Shown here: positions 32,470-46,584 of the stretch, in pieces
Layout of the letters: every line of letters begins with the position of its first letter
Numbering within the stretch: position 1 is the first letter of the stretch
NCBI RefSeq assembly: GCF_964204865.1
Contig: NC_135250.1
Location: 4,278,001 to 4,342,000 of the forward strand
DNA: 64,000 nt
Origin: Styela clava
Taxonomy: Eukaryota
Reading direction: 5' to 3'
Notes under the pieces: model-generated
Database searches by the model: none
Told to the model about the DNA's origin: nothing
The model's input: only the letters and a program-made list of their open reading frames with translations
Program-made: the position numbers and the translations under genes

Positions 32470-35059
32470 TTTGAGTGATTTTGAAACTCGGAATAGCTTA
32501 ACAATAAGTGAGTAAATTTACTAAAAATAGAACAGAAATTTAATATTAAAACCGAAGCTACAAAATTCCATGTAAAAACTATCAAATCATAAATTACTTC
32601 ATATTGGAAATCAACAAAAAGGCACAAACGTCGCAGAATTGTTAGCGATGAGGCACGCCATGCAGAACTGCGGACTCAAATTTAAACTCTCCGCCCCGCC
32701 CTCGACTCCGACCAAAACCCGAATCTAAATCATTCACTATTTTGTCGTCTGTTCCTCTATATACGATAGCGGTTGCCTCGAACTTTTCCATCAGTATTAC
32801 TTTTGCATTTAAGTCAATGAGCTTTGAGCACACTTGCATAAAAGTATCTCCTACGATTTTCGAAACTGGTAAAACTATTTATATAGAAATACTGGCACTC
32901 TTTGACACGATTCTAAATTTTCTCATACTTATATAAACGTGAGAGTCAAAATTGATTTCTTAAAAAAAATTTAAATAAGATTCAAACGCTTCAGAGTTGT
33001 GAGTACTCGCAGTTGAATGCTTTTTTTTGAGTCTGCAGCGCTCGAAACTGATTATTTATGAAATTTACTTGACTCGGACTCGACGCGAACGCTTCAGGGT
33101 CGCAGTCTACTGTTGAGGATTTCGAGTCTGTAGCACTTCTTTTCGGCAGCGACCACGACGACACGGTGGTATGAGTGTGATATCGACAGGCGAAACTGGC
33201 CTTTTTATAGGCCCTCAATTATTTTTGCTTCCGCTCTTTCGGTCCAGAAGAGTATCGAAGAAAAAATCCGCACATGACGCTGTAATAATATGAGAGAGCA
33301 TTACGATATTGCAGTGTTGGTGCGAAACAGAGAAAAAATACTCGTTGCCTGGACTGATATGCGCTTATTTGCTTATATGAAATTCTTTCAAAGACAAAAA
33401 GAATGCTGGGCCAATAAACCTGAGATATATCTTGTAAACAGTGGTTCGCGCAATCTTCTGAAAATCTCCTGAATTTTTCAAATTCACGACGCATTAAGGT
33501 TCTATATTACAATTACAAACCATCGCGCCCGGAAAGGAAAATTTAATTGATAAGCATCAATTTATGGTGAAGAAAAGGGGAATATATCCACATTTGATCA
33601 ATGCGATACGCGAGCTTGTGTTTATGGACTTACACGATTATACCGCTGCTGTTTAATAGCTCTGGCTGACTTTTGTACAGTTTTACCTGTCTTCACGCTG
33701 TAAAACGTCACTATAAATTTGCATCTATAAATTGCGCATCTAGCTAACTGAACAAAAATTTCACTATGCTAATGTTGCAAAGCAAAGTTTGATTGCGCAT
33801 TGCAAAACCCGATTGTTACATTTATGCTGACACGTATTTTGTTGATTGATATTTTTTAAAATGCATTTTTGCCATACCAGTGTCATCAGAAGCAGTAGAG
33901 CGCTTATTTAGTGCGGTGGATTGTAGTTAAATGCAAAAACAGATGTTACCCGCTTTTGTTATGAACTCTTTGAACACCAGATTTGCATATAACATGTAAA
34001 TTAAGGAAATGATTCAGGAATTATCCGGATTAACTACATTATTAAAAACAGTCGATGAACAGAAAATTGATAATTTTCTGAATGAGCAGAGATGACTCAG
34101 AGGCAGAATGGCAGAGAAATAGAATAAGAGTGCCAGAATGATGCTGAATTGTCATAGTTAGACAATACTCCTAAATTCAAAGTTAACGAAGTCAATCAAT
34201 TTTATCGTCTTTCATGTCTCTTTGCACATGCAGTCCTATTTACTAGACACTAAATCTAAATTTTCATAAATTCAGTAATCTTTATTAAATTCTATTCTTA
34301 CGGACATAAATTGCTATAAGATGGGATGGGACTATATATCTCAATGACAAGCCCTCCGCAGTGATTTTGAAACTGTTCGCCGTTGGATATTTTCAGGTGT
34401 GCACTGACGCTTTCTGAAATAACAATAAAGCAATTGTATTGAGTTTGATTAAAGATAGAATTTAATATTCAGAATGTAAATTATTCTGTTGTTCAATAAC
34501 GGCATTTTATAAACTAACACTATTGTGAAAAATATATGACGTCTTTTAACCAACATCTCTCCCAAATCTTTGTTCCCTTAATTTGTATTTCTTGGCGGAA
34601 AAATTGAGAGATCATAAAAGCAGAAATCTCCAGATTATGCTCACACAAACGGAATTATACCACCGTCGGTATCTCCGCCCCTGAAATGGTAAATGTATCA
34701 ATTCTCACATTCTGAGAACGTTCTTGCTCCCTTATCAAAACAAATAGTTGCATGCACTTTGCTTCAAGCAAAGTCGCTAGACCTCGATCAATCATAGTGT
34801 GCCATCTGATGGCTTCACGTCCGTTTATTAGTCCAAGTCGTGTATGTGATTAGTTAGCCTGTTATTATTTGTTTCAGGTGGATGGATTAGCTATAAAGAC
34901 TTCTTACATTAAAGACAATCAACTAAATATATGTATAAATTTGTAAATAATGGTCCGTGCCGTATTGGACTCGAGTGTGGATGTGATGCTCCAAACAGTG
35001 TTAGACGAAAGTCCCTACAACCCTGGTCGCGAGACCAGTCACGTCCTAGTTTGAGCCCC

Positions 35060-35265
35060 GACGTCAAGTAGAATAACTGAGAAAAGTAATTTCAAGACTT
35101 TGGTAAATGGTAATACAAGTCCGAATCGACTAGAATAACTGAGATAAGTCATTCCGGGTCTTCGATAAAGGGTGATACAAGTCCGAGTCGAGTAGAATGC
35201 CTGAGATAAGTCATTCCGAGTCTTCGATAAAGGGTAATACAAGTCCGAGTCGAATCGATGACTTG
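35060..35265. repeat. ~59-bp minisatellite, ~3.5 units
   Basis: Repeats of caagtccgagtcgagtagaat..ctgagataagtcattccgagtcttcgataaagggtaata. Probably internal to a degenerate TIR element (cagtgtt at 34997 ... cagcactg at 35281). Confidence 0.8.
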
Positions 35266-36515
35266 AGCTTTCCCAGCACTGCCTCCAACCGCAGATAACT
35301 TTTGGTCAACAGTTATCGTCAGTAACTATTCTAATATAGTGACGTCACAAAACTTTATTTCAAAATGGAAATAAAATATATCGAGCCATTCAAGACACTT
35401 TCATCACATAACTAGTTATCTTTACTCTTGCTACAGCATCCTTGCATTATATACACACAGATCCGCCAGACAAAAGCATAGAATAAGGATAAGTAGTTGG
35501 TCCCCTAGAGACCCAGCCAACCAACATGCGATAAAAATCGATTAAATTTGCTCATTTCGTTTTGAACGGTTAAATTCGGCAACATTTTTTTTTTTCAAAT
35601 GAACGGTTTTAAAGAAATCTTCACAAAAGTCGAAGAGTGCCGTGTTTTAGTTTACGCGAACTCGACAAATTGATCACTAACGGCCCTCGTATGGAAGGAG
35701 ACCGAGATTTTGGGTCAAATCGAAGTTTATTAAAACCTCGTTCATAAACATAAATGTTTTACCAAGAATAGCTATTGACCAGTGGAAGTAGTTTTTTGTC
35801 AGTGTAGAGAAATTTTAAGGGTAAGGTGACGCAGGGGCTTAGCCACAAATTTTCAAGGGAGGGTTCTGTCATTTTTGATTGCCAAGTTGGACCGCAACAG
35901 CTAGCGTGTCCGGTCGTGTAGCACGTCCGTCAGCAAGTCGGTCGGAGGCCGGAAAACGAGTGTTTTCATGAGTCTTGTGAGTCCAAAAAGCTTTTCAAGC
36001 TACAAAAATTGCTATGTATGTTACAAAAAATGCTTTAGTTTTTAGAGGGGATTCCGACCCTCAACCCCCCTGACTACGGGTACATCGATGTATTCAGCTC
36101 AAGGTAAAATGACTGAATGAAAGGGAAGCCGCTGTTTTCGCTCTCAGTGATTTCCAGAACGGTTGAACAACTTTTTTATACAACATTTATTCACACCCTT
36201 CGCTCAAAATTGCCCTATACAGGCAGCCACTGTTATCTAACAATACTACTAGCTACTATCATTTAAAAGGATCAGAATCTTTCCCAAAAAAATCGCCCCA
36301 TGATTACTGTTTCGTCAGGGTGTAATGTCTTGAGCGGACAATATCAAAACGAGAAGATATCAGGCTTTCCAAAACTCAGTAGTATTTTAAATGTATTTGG
36401 GATATTTATGTGAGATATTGTCTACAGATTTGTGCAGAGCAAATTTAGTAAATATCTCAGGTTATAATACAAGCAATAAAAACATATAATGTCATTTTCT
36501 TATTTCTGGTCTAAA

Positions 36516-38278
36516 CTATGATACAGCTATAGCAACGAGGAGGCTGATAACGGATCCAAATAGAGTGCTTGATTTGATGGTTCCGGCGCGTGAAGTCGAC
36601 GGTTCAAAGGTCGAATTGGTGAGTTCAGAGGTCAAAGTAGTGAGTTCATTGGTCGACGTTAATATTGCAGCGATCGAAGGGATAGTATCAATTCCGTTAC
36701 ATCCATCTGAATGAATTTGAAAAATTTAATGAAACTATTGGATTAAAATATCACCATCTTTTCATTTGCTTGAATAGGGACAGTTGAGCAGAATCATGCT
36801 GGCGATAATATTGAAGTTTCATACTGTATCATATATTCACTAGTTTGTAAGCCACGAGTTGCTTGTCTGAAAAGATATGACTCTGGTCAGATGAAAAGAT
36901 ATAGAAATACATTTGTGTTAGTGTGCAGCAGGACTCTTGACTTGCTAAAAATACGCATATCATGATCCATAAGCATATATGACTTCCCGACTAATGTGGA
37001 CCAATTATCAATAATGATAAAAACAGCAGTGATAGAATGTTAGGACGAATTCTCATTTTATTCGAACTCACTATGACGACAGTTTCTCTAATTTCAGAAA
37101 TTCTTTAATATTTAATCTGAAAAAGTATGTCGACCAAGTAACTAATTGTTCAGGTACCCATTTAAATTCCAAACTCGCCTCCTTTGCAAACACAAAATTC
37201 GGTCATCATGTCACCACTCCCTGATTGTGAGCATCCAGTGTCGACGAGTGTGGATCAAGATCGCTTAATATCACCTGAAATCAAGGTTGAATATTAACTT
37301 AGAGTATTGATAAGATAATACGTGGAGTATTTTACGGACCGTGAGGCCTGCTCCAAATACTTTTTCTTCTCAAAAATCGATCGCGCGACCCATAATCCGG
37401 TACGCCCAATGTAGAGATCACTTAGTGCTTTATTGCCTACACTCAAAACTAATACCGATTCCGGTTGCGCGTTATAGTCCGACCCGCCTTATGTGTGGAT
37501 AAAACCCCAATCTCAGCTTTTACTGACGATGCGCAATATGGTGCATAAAATATGGTAACTGGTTTTTTATTGGACACGCAGTGCACGTATTTAACGTTTC
37601 CTTAAATTCTTATTATTTTAGGGCTGATTGCTGTTATCGTAAATAAACAGTACTTGATGTGGTTGATATCCCTAGAAGGCCATTACTATTTCACCCAAAT
37701 ATATTTTTGTCGTTTTTTTATACAGTAAAAAAAAAGATAATTTTTTATTTCTTTGCAGCAAACTTGGTGCTCAGCAATGGCCTCACAAAGCAAATACTCA
37801 TGTGCGATAATTGTGTTTATATAACTGAACAAGTCTTTTTTTGTTTTTACTCGTATTGCTCAAGACAGCTGAGATATTCGTAAAATTACACAAAATATTT
37901 AGGACCAGTAAGGTATCTGCGCGATATGAATAAAATACTCACCATCTGCGGTTTCTTTGCTACATGTAGGTTTTGAATCAAGACAAATCACCAGTTGAGA
38001 ATCTTTCAATTTTCTTTCATCGTTGCATTCATAGCATTGATAGCACTTGATTGCGTAACCTGGTTAAAAGAATTTTCATTTTTCCTCGTCCTCATATCGG
38101 ACTTCTCGCGCGGATATTAGTGCTCCAAGAAACAAGGAAAACATGGTTTAGACTCTAGAGATTTTGAAAACAAATAAACTATGTTCGAAGTCACAAGAAT
38201 GAGCAAAAGTAACAATTTTAATCACATACCTGTAGAAGCAACCATCAAACATAAACAAGCAATCAATAACGAATTCAT
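36516..38278 (-). pseudogene. Ly6 copy B7, full exon set but in-frame TGA at Cys6 and a GC donor
   Basis: Exons 38278-38230, 38059-37943, 37274-37179, 36706-36516: MNSLLIACLCLMVASTGYAIKCYQCYECNDERKLKDSQLVICLDSKPTCSKETADGDIKRS*STLVDTGCSQSGSGDMMTEFCVCKGDGCN...SVISLLVAIAVS*. The TGA is at 37257-37255 and intron 3 begins gcgagt. Confidence 0.8.
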
Positions 38279-38569
38279 TCCGATTGAATTTATGAATTGA
38301 AACAACGAAAGTTAACATTGCAAATAAAGTATCAACACCAAAAATAGCTGCTTCTCTCTTCTCGCTAGCAAGGCGACAAAGTTTTTCATTCTGATTCAAT
38401 CTTCCGCTTAATACTGTTAAAAAAATCAAAAAGTTTAGGTCCGAATACTTGTAGAGTTTTATCAGATCGTAGGTACGAAATATTTTATGAAAGAAGAATT
38501 ATTTCAATGCGAATGAAGTCAACTCAGATAGAATTAACGCTGAGATATGCGAACGGTGGAAATGCGTTC

Positions 38570-38987
38570 ATCACCTGAAATCAAGGTTGAATATTAACTT
38601 AGAGTATTGATAAGATAATACGTGGAGTATTTTACGGACCGTGAGGCCTGCTCCAAATACTTTTTCTTCTCAAAAATCGATCGCGCGACCCATAATCCGG
38701 TACGCCCAATGTAGAGATCACTTAGTGCTTTATTGCCTACACTTAAAACTAATACCGATTCCGGTTGCGCGTTATAGTCCGACCCGCCTTATGTGTGGAT
38801 AAAACCCCAATCTCAGCTTTTACTGACGATGCGCAATATGGTGCATAAAATATGGTAACTGGTTATTTATTGGACACGCAGTGCACGTATTTAACGTTTC
38901 CTTAAATTCTTATTATTTTAGGGCTGATTGTTGTTATCGTAAATAAACAGTACTTGATGTGGTTGATATCCCTAGAAGGCCATTACT
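38570..38987. repeat. 418-bp near-perfect copy of 37270-37687 (B7 intron 2) inserted upstream of B7
   Basis: Base-for-base match at an offset of 1300 with only a few substitutions, followed by a short repeat of cctagaaggccattact. Confidence 0.9.
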
Positions 38988-41575
38988 TACCTAGAAGGCC
39001 ATTACTAAGTAACTAGTGCTCGCAACTCGACAAAATTGTACATTTCATCTTCAGCGTGTGAACTATATTTTTGTACAGTCAGAACGATTTAGCATTGAAT
39101 CAGGTGATTAACGAATCATTACTGCGGTAACAAAATAGCACTGTAACGAAAATATTATAACATCATGATCTTTATATCGTACCATACTTACATTATAGCA
39201 TAGGTTCATCAAATCGCAGCGTGATAATCTTTTTGTTTTTTTAAAATCATCTCTTCCATTCAACAAATTTCGTCGAAGTACGATTTACCACGTAGTACAA
39301 GGTGTATTGAAAAAATTCGACTAAATTACTTGTTTCTTTTGCAGCAATACTCCAAAATAGACCGTGTTGATGACGATGCAAATGTTGTCAATACTTGATT
39401 AAATCCTATTTCGAATCTCAAAATAATGTTGTATGGTTTAAAAATATATTGGAATCTTTGTGCCATCACATATTTATCCATTTTGCTGTTGTTTATGAAT
39501 CAACTATGACTCGATCATCAACTCGACTTGGAATCTGAGAATTCAGTGACTCGACTTGACTTGAGAATCGAATTTAAAATTTGCTGCATATCGGAATTGA
39601 TAATAAATAATGAATTTTTGTTTAATAAATTTTTTACTCAATATGAGGAAAATGAAGCAAAAAATGCATCCGTATGTTCAAAAATATTCTGTGCTATTGT
39701 AGAGTTTTATCAGAGCGTAGGTGCAAAATATTTTATGAAAGGAGGATACTTGAATGCGAATAAAATCGATTAGGATAAAATTAACGCCGAGATATGCGAA
39801 CGGTGCAAATGCGATCGATTTGTAAGTAGTGGTTACAACAAAGCAAATTTGTACATTTCATAACTTTAGCGTGCGAAAGATATCTTTGTACAATCAGAAC
39901 GCTTCAACATTGAATCAGGTGATTAACGAATCAATACTGTGGTAATAAAATAGCACTGTAACGGAAATATATAATATTATGATGTTTATATCGTACCTTA
40001 CTTCAGATTACTCTGCAGGAAATACGTTAAAGCATCGGTTCATCAAATCCCAAACTGATTACTAGCAAACAAATCAGTGAATTCGTCGTACCAATCAATG
40101 GGTAACAAAATTAAATATTATTCATTTCAAAGTTTTTTTATCTTAATTTTTATTGTCCACAGATTGCCGTGGTATTTTGGATCAGTAATGCTTTTATTTT
40201 GCTGTAAGTGGACGCAATCACAGGTTACGTTGAACACAATTGAATCGCGACGACTGTTTTAAAAGCTGTTGCATGGGAATTTCGATTTTGAACCCAAGAG
40301 AATCCTGGCTGCGCCCCTGTTTTTGCCTTTCAGTTTTGTCGAAAGTTGAATACATTGAGATATTTGCAGTGTTGGAGCGACAAGTTGATTTGAAAAAATC
40401 TCAATAAACAAATTTCCACACTCATGTTTTATTTTCCCTGTTACTGAGTTCACCGGGCCATTTTATTCCCTTCTAAATCCTTCTAAAAAACTTTAACGTA
40501 GAGGTAGATTTGTATATGGAAAACAATTTATTCAAAAATTTAATAAAATATGTCAGTCTTAGAATATGACGTCATAAATAGTGCATTTTTGTTCAATAAA
40601 TTGTCTCACACAATGAGAAAAATGAAACAAAAAATTAAAATAATGAAACCGGATACCCGAAAATATTCGGACGCAAAGTTGAATCGCTCGTTTCACAAGA
40701 AAAGAATTTTGAAACAACCCGGATATTCAAAACATATCCTGTACCATATCCGGACTCATTGCAATTCTTTTCTTCTAAAACAAAATGGCGAACATGAGAT
40801 TCAACTGCGCCTGTATTGGATTTTGTTTAAGACAAGTAACCCACTTTCAGTTTATCTGTCATTCATGTATAACCAAGCTCAATGATGCATGATGTCAGCA
40901 ACAGTGAATAACAAACTTCGTTGCTATAGCTCCACCAGATGGCGCCAGTCGTATAGTGCTTACTATGATTCAGCGTTACAACGAGTTTCGATTTTTTAAA
41001 CAATTACTTTATAACAAGACACACCCAATAAACCAATTAGTGAATTTTTAAACATTTGCGAATGATAGAAAAAAATAACTAGGTGCGTGGAACACAAAAA
41101 CCACTTCATGCACATGACCTTGTCATGATGTACTGGATTGGGTAGAGCAGGAATGCGCAAAGTTTTTTTGCAAGGGCAGCATTGAGAAATTTGCTATGAA
41201 ATTGTCGAATTGAATGGTGGCTGACATTGTTGAATCGAGGACGAAAAATATAATAAAATGATTTTAATAATTCATAGTTCAGACATTTTAAATAAAGTTT
41301 AGGCATGAATCTAAATCTTGTATGTAGTTGTAAGAAGTTTTTACAACTTTCTCCGAGAGCAGAGGGCCACACAAAATTTGTGGCGGCCCACCATCTCTAG
41401 GGTAGACTATATGCCAACTGAGATAATCGGTGCTTGAAAAAAGTAGTGTCATTTAAGTATACATGGGTGCTTATCTGAAGCGTTGTTCGGAGAAAAAAGT
41501 AAAAATTTCGTGATATAATCTATAATATAAATTATATGCAATACTTTCAATCGACTTAGTTATGTTATGTCTGGT

Positions 41576-44500
41576 CTAAACAATAATAAATTTAGCAACG
41601 AGAAGGCTGATAACGGATACAAATATGATGCTTGATTTGATGCTTCCGGCACTTGAATGGGTTGCTGCTGAATCTGCTGCTGCAGTGGTTGCAGGTGTGA
41701 TGTCAGCTCCGTTACATCCATCTGAATGAATTTAAAAAAGTTTCAACTTTAAATTGACATTTCATCTTTCTATTTATTTGGATATGGATATCGCAGGTTG
41801 AATGTGATGCATGACGTAATAAATTGAGTATTCGATACAGAGTCGGAAAGATTTCTTTCCTTCAAACAATTTTAATTCGTATGTGACTTACTGTTTGTCT
41901 AGAACACGTTTAGGAGTGAAGTCGTGATATCTCATAGAAACAATTTTATAGTAAGAGTGACAGCGATGAAATTCAGTGTTTCTCAAACTGTGTGACGCGG
42001 CAAACTAGTGCGCCGTGAGAGATTCACAGGTGTGCCGCGGAACTTTTTGGAATCTTAGAATATAAGCTATTCGTTTACGAAATGACCTGTTTTTCAATCA
42101 TTGTTTCCCAAAAAGTTTGTACGAGTTTTGGCTATACGCTTACAAATACTATTCAATCATCGGTGCAAAAGCCGTCAAATTAATCTTTGCATTGTCATTT
42201 GCACAGATTTTTTACTCTGATTGAACTTAAAAGCAAAAAGGAAGCGACTTTTTGGAATTGACGATGAAATGCGGGCGTGATTGGCAACAACGGAACCTTG
42301 TTTCAATGTTATTTGTTCCTGAAAACAGGCGCTCCCATCGCATTAACATTTGTAGAATAAATTTGTTTAAAGCTAACTTCATTTTTTTACAATTGTGCCG
42401 CAATTTTCGTTTATTTGTCTAGTGCGACACAAGCAAAAAAAGTTTGGTAACCACTGGCTTAAGGCCACGTTTCCCAGCGAGGAAGTAATTTGAATGAGAA
42501 GGAAATATTACTTTGTATTTGCGTGTGGCATTACTAGTATTTCATACTTATTTAGTCGATTAAAAAATGAAAAGTTGATTTTACCGAAAACGAAAAACTG
42601 TTTAGCTAACATGATCTGTCAAAAAAGATATTCTTTCCGGTTTGAATGATTTTGGATAGGATTCATAATTGTGTGTGCCATTACTAATATTTTATACTTA
42701 TTTAGTCTTACTGTATTGTATTCAATCTATATTTATGTAGACATTATAAACTATAGAAAATGTTCGGTGCTTCCGTAGTATGTGCACCAAGATGGCGCAC
42801 AACCTGAACGTGGTATTGTATCAGGTGAGGGTTATAAGGTTGTGCGCCATCTTTATACACAAACCACGGGAGCGTTAAATGTTCAGGGGTCAGCGTACAA
42901 ATCGCATGTATCACAACCAAATGTTTTGTTATGGATTGAATGACAAAGAAGAATAGAGTTTTAAGCGTAGTAAGGGAGGAATTCAGCGCTTAAAAATAGA
43001 CCAAGGAACTGAAGGAAGGGGTTTGTCAAAAAAGATTGAGAACCACTGGTTGAAGAGTTGGACTTGTACATGTAGACTATGCCCACTACATTGCATAGGG
43101 TGTAATAAACTGTGTAGGTAATGCCGAATCAAAAAAAGTTACATTGATTCCGAGATATAGCAGCTTCCTTGCTCTGATGGAAAGGCGTATAGAAGTATAC
43201 AAAAAAAAAAATACTAGAACTTACCCTTATTGCAATGGCACGTTTTCGAGGTTACATTATGCTCAGTGGTTGTTTTGCAGCCTGTTGTAGTAGTCGAGTT
43301 GCTGTTACATGATCGCGCAACAATCCCTGTAAATAATAATACGACAAATTAAAACAATTGAAGTTTTAGACTAAAATCGAAAGTAATTGTGACATTAAAT
43401 CAACAATTCGTATGAACAAGAGCCGAAGCTTCAAATGTCTATTCACCGATTCTCAACCTGTAGGCCATGGCCTACTGGTGAGCTATAGAAACATTCTCAA
43501 GTGGGTCACAAATTTATAAAATTGCGGTACTCCCGAAGCATGTGACCCAAAATGGCGGACTCCGGAACGTAGTATGTGTACCAGGTTGGGGTTAGGCCAT
43601 AAGTTCAGGTACAAATACTATGCAAGTCACTTGGCTAGTCCACGAAATTGTAATAGAACTAAAATAAGAAAAATTTGAATGAAATTATGGCCTTAACCTA
43701 ACCTGGTACACATACTACGTTCCGGTGTCCGCCATCTTGGTTCACATACTTCGAGAGTACAAAATTGCTATGGTCATTGAAACAAGTTCTTTCATTTGCG
43801 TCGCAATAGTTAAATTTTTAGTGTAGTAGCAATGAACGATGATGCAGCTTTTTATCATAATTATTAAAGTAAAAGTGTTTATTTTTTGCAAGAGATTCTT
43901 GTTTTCACGTAGTTTTTCCATTGCATGAATAATTCAACGGGCCTATATATTTCCAGACCACGAATAAAAAAAGGTTGAGAACCACTGGTCTATGCAGTGA
44001 GTATTGAAAATTTCAAAAGCGTTGTTTTATCACTCGTATGCCGTTCAGATTGAAAATGAAACCAGGCTCGGGTTTTATTATTGGACATATTGAATTGTCA
44101 CCTGGATCGTTTTGTTATTGTCGTCGTTGATTTGTAAAAAAAAGTATTCGTGCCGGTTTGTTTTCATAATTTTAACGATTAGGAATAGTATTTTTCCGTA
44201 ACGCTTTATAATGGATGTCATAAAATAACCGTTTGGTAAACTGTCGGTTTTATAAGGATAATGTTTTAAGACTTTTATAAGCAATGTGTGAAGCACTTAC
44301 CCTTCCAAGAATCCCACCGACAAGTCGAGATTGAGCTAGGGCAATTGATGAGTTGAGAAGAAACTAGCTCTCCGGCATCGTTGCAGTTCATACAAATGTA
44401 GCATTGAATAGCGTAACCTTAATTACAAGAAATAAAATGAATAAAAAGACAGTATGCACAGATATATGGACACGAACCCCAAAACCGAATTCAAAGCTTG

Positions 44501-44948
44501 TGCAGTAGCGGGAATCTTCTTCTCTGACATGTGATTACGGATCCGCCACATGGTTGATTACGTTGCGTAATTTTGATTACGTCATCATACAATACTTCGA
44601 GGTAAAAAGCGAATTCCATACAAATCACAATTTTTTTTTTTAATATTGAAATTACTAGCGACAACAACAATTTTTACCCCGTAAAAATTTCAAAGCAATT
44701 GGTCCAGTATATAAAGAGAGAAGCAAAGTAGAAGAAAGCTGACATCATCAACAATTTAACAAATTTATTCATAGGTCCACTCCGTGAACGAACGATTTAG
44801 AAATCGCAAAACACTTGGTTTGCTTCAATATAATAACTTATTTACAGCCTTGTTTGGAGCCAAACAAAAACCATAATAAAAAATAGCAGAAATACGAACC
44901 TGTCGCGACGAACATGTAGCACAAGCATGCGATCAAGAAAATCTTCAT
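41576..44948 (-). CDS. Ly6/uPAR GPI-anchored protein, copy A8, 137 aa, 19-aa stalk
   Basis: Exons 44948-44900, 44417-44301, 43326-43225, 41721-41576: MKIFLIACLCYMFVATGYAIQCYICMNCNDAGELVSSQLINCPSSISTCRWDSWKGIVARSCNSNSTTTTGCKTTTEHNVTSKTCHCNKDGCNGADITPATTAAADSAATHSSAGSIKSSIIFVSVISLLVAKFIIV*. Confidence 0.9.
41974..42456 (+). mobile_element. Deleted hAT (Buster/Charlie-type) element with decayed transposase C-terminus
   Basis: TIRs CAGTGTTTCTCAAACT...AGTTTGGTAACCACTG. The internal frameshifted remnant reads ELKSKK..IDDEMR..TTEP..KQALPSH*, resembling the Buster-group transposase end. No clear TSD. Confidence 0.7.
43526..43760. mobile_element. Merlin-like palindromic MITE (long form)
   Basis: Long TIRs with aaaattgc as a direct repeat on both sides. 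Confidence 0.85.
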
Positions 44949-46584
44949 TTTGAGTGATATCGAAGTTTACAACAGCTTAACAATGAGTAAGTAAATACAC
45001 TAAAATTAAAGTATAATATTTAAACCAAAGCTACAAAATCATTTGTAAAAGCTATTGAATCATAAATTATTTCATATTGGAAATCGAATGGTAAACGCGT
45101 TGCAGAGTTGTTAGCGATGACACATACGATATGCCATGCAGGTTTGCGGACTCAAATTTCAACGACTCCGCTCAAAGCCTGAATCCAAATCATTCACTAT
45201 TTTTGTCGTCACTTCATCTATACGTTAGCGGTTGATAGAGTCGAAATACTTATATAAACGAGGAAGTCAAAATAAATTTTACTCAATAAAACTAAAATAA
45301 AATTCAAACGCTTCAGAGTTGTGAGTTCTCGCCCTTTAATGCATTTTTCAAGACTGCAGCGCTCGAGACTGATTATTTATGAAATTTTGTTGACTCGGAC
45401 TCGACGCGAACGCTTCAGGGTCGCAGTCTACTGTTGAGGTTTTCGAGTCTTTAGCTCTTTTTTTCGGCAGCGACCACGACGACACGATGGTATGAGTGTG
45501 ATATCGACAGGCGAAACTGGCCTTTCTATAGGCCCTCAATTATTTTTGCTTTCGCTCTTTCGGTCCAGAAGAGTATCAAAGAAAAAATCCGCACATGACG
45601 CTGTAATAATATGAGAGAGCATTACGATATTGCAGTGTTGGTGCGAAACAGAGAAAAAATACTCGTTGCCTGTACTGATATGTGCTTATTTGCTTATATG
45701 AAATTCTTTCAAAGACAAAAAGAATGCTGGGCCAATAAACCTGAGATATATCTTGTAAACGAAGGCAGTGGTTCATGCAATCTTCTGAAAATCTCCCGAA
45801 TTTTTCAAATTCACGACGCATTACGGTTCTATATTACAATTACAAACCATCGCGCCTGGGAAGAAAAATTTAATTGATAAGCATCAATATATGGTGAAGA
45901 AAAGGGGAATATATCCACATTTGATCAATGCGATACGCGAGCTTGTGTTTATGGACTTACACGATTATACCGCTGCTGTTTAATAGCTCTGGCTGACTTT
46001 TGTACAGTTTTACCTGTCTTCACGCTGTAAAACGTCACTATAAATTTGCATTTATGAATTGCGCATCTAGCTAACTGAACAAAAATTTCACTATGCTAAT
46101 GTTGTAAAGCAAAGTTTGATTGCAAAACTCGATTGTTACATTTATGCTGACACGTATTTTGTTGATTGATATTTTTGGAAATGCATTTTGGCGATACCAG
46201 TGTCATCAGAAGTAGGAAAGCGCTTATTTAATGCGGCCGGATTGTAGTTGAATGCAAAAACAGATGTTACGCGCTTTTGTTATAAACTCTGTGAACATCA
46301 AATTTGCATGTAACATGTAAATTAAGGAAATGATTCAGGAATTATCCGGATTAACTGCATTATTAGAAACAGTCGATGAACAGAAAATTGATAATTTGAT
46401 GAATGAGCAGAGTGACTCAGAACTAGACAATACTTCTTAAATTTAAAGTTAAAGAATTCAATAAAATTTTGCATGTCTTCTTCTACATGCAGTCTTATTT
46501 AGTAGACACTAAACCTAAATTTTTCTAAATTCAGTAGTTTTTATTGAATTTTATTCCTATGGGAATCCCATAGGATGGGACAGG

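Noticed and set aside
32991-33494. ORFs repeated at 45348-45877, suggesting conserved genes
   Set aside because: The similarity reflects recent duplication of upstream noncoding DNA; older copies at 1-260 and 5290-5600 do not keep the frames.
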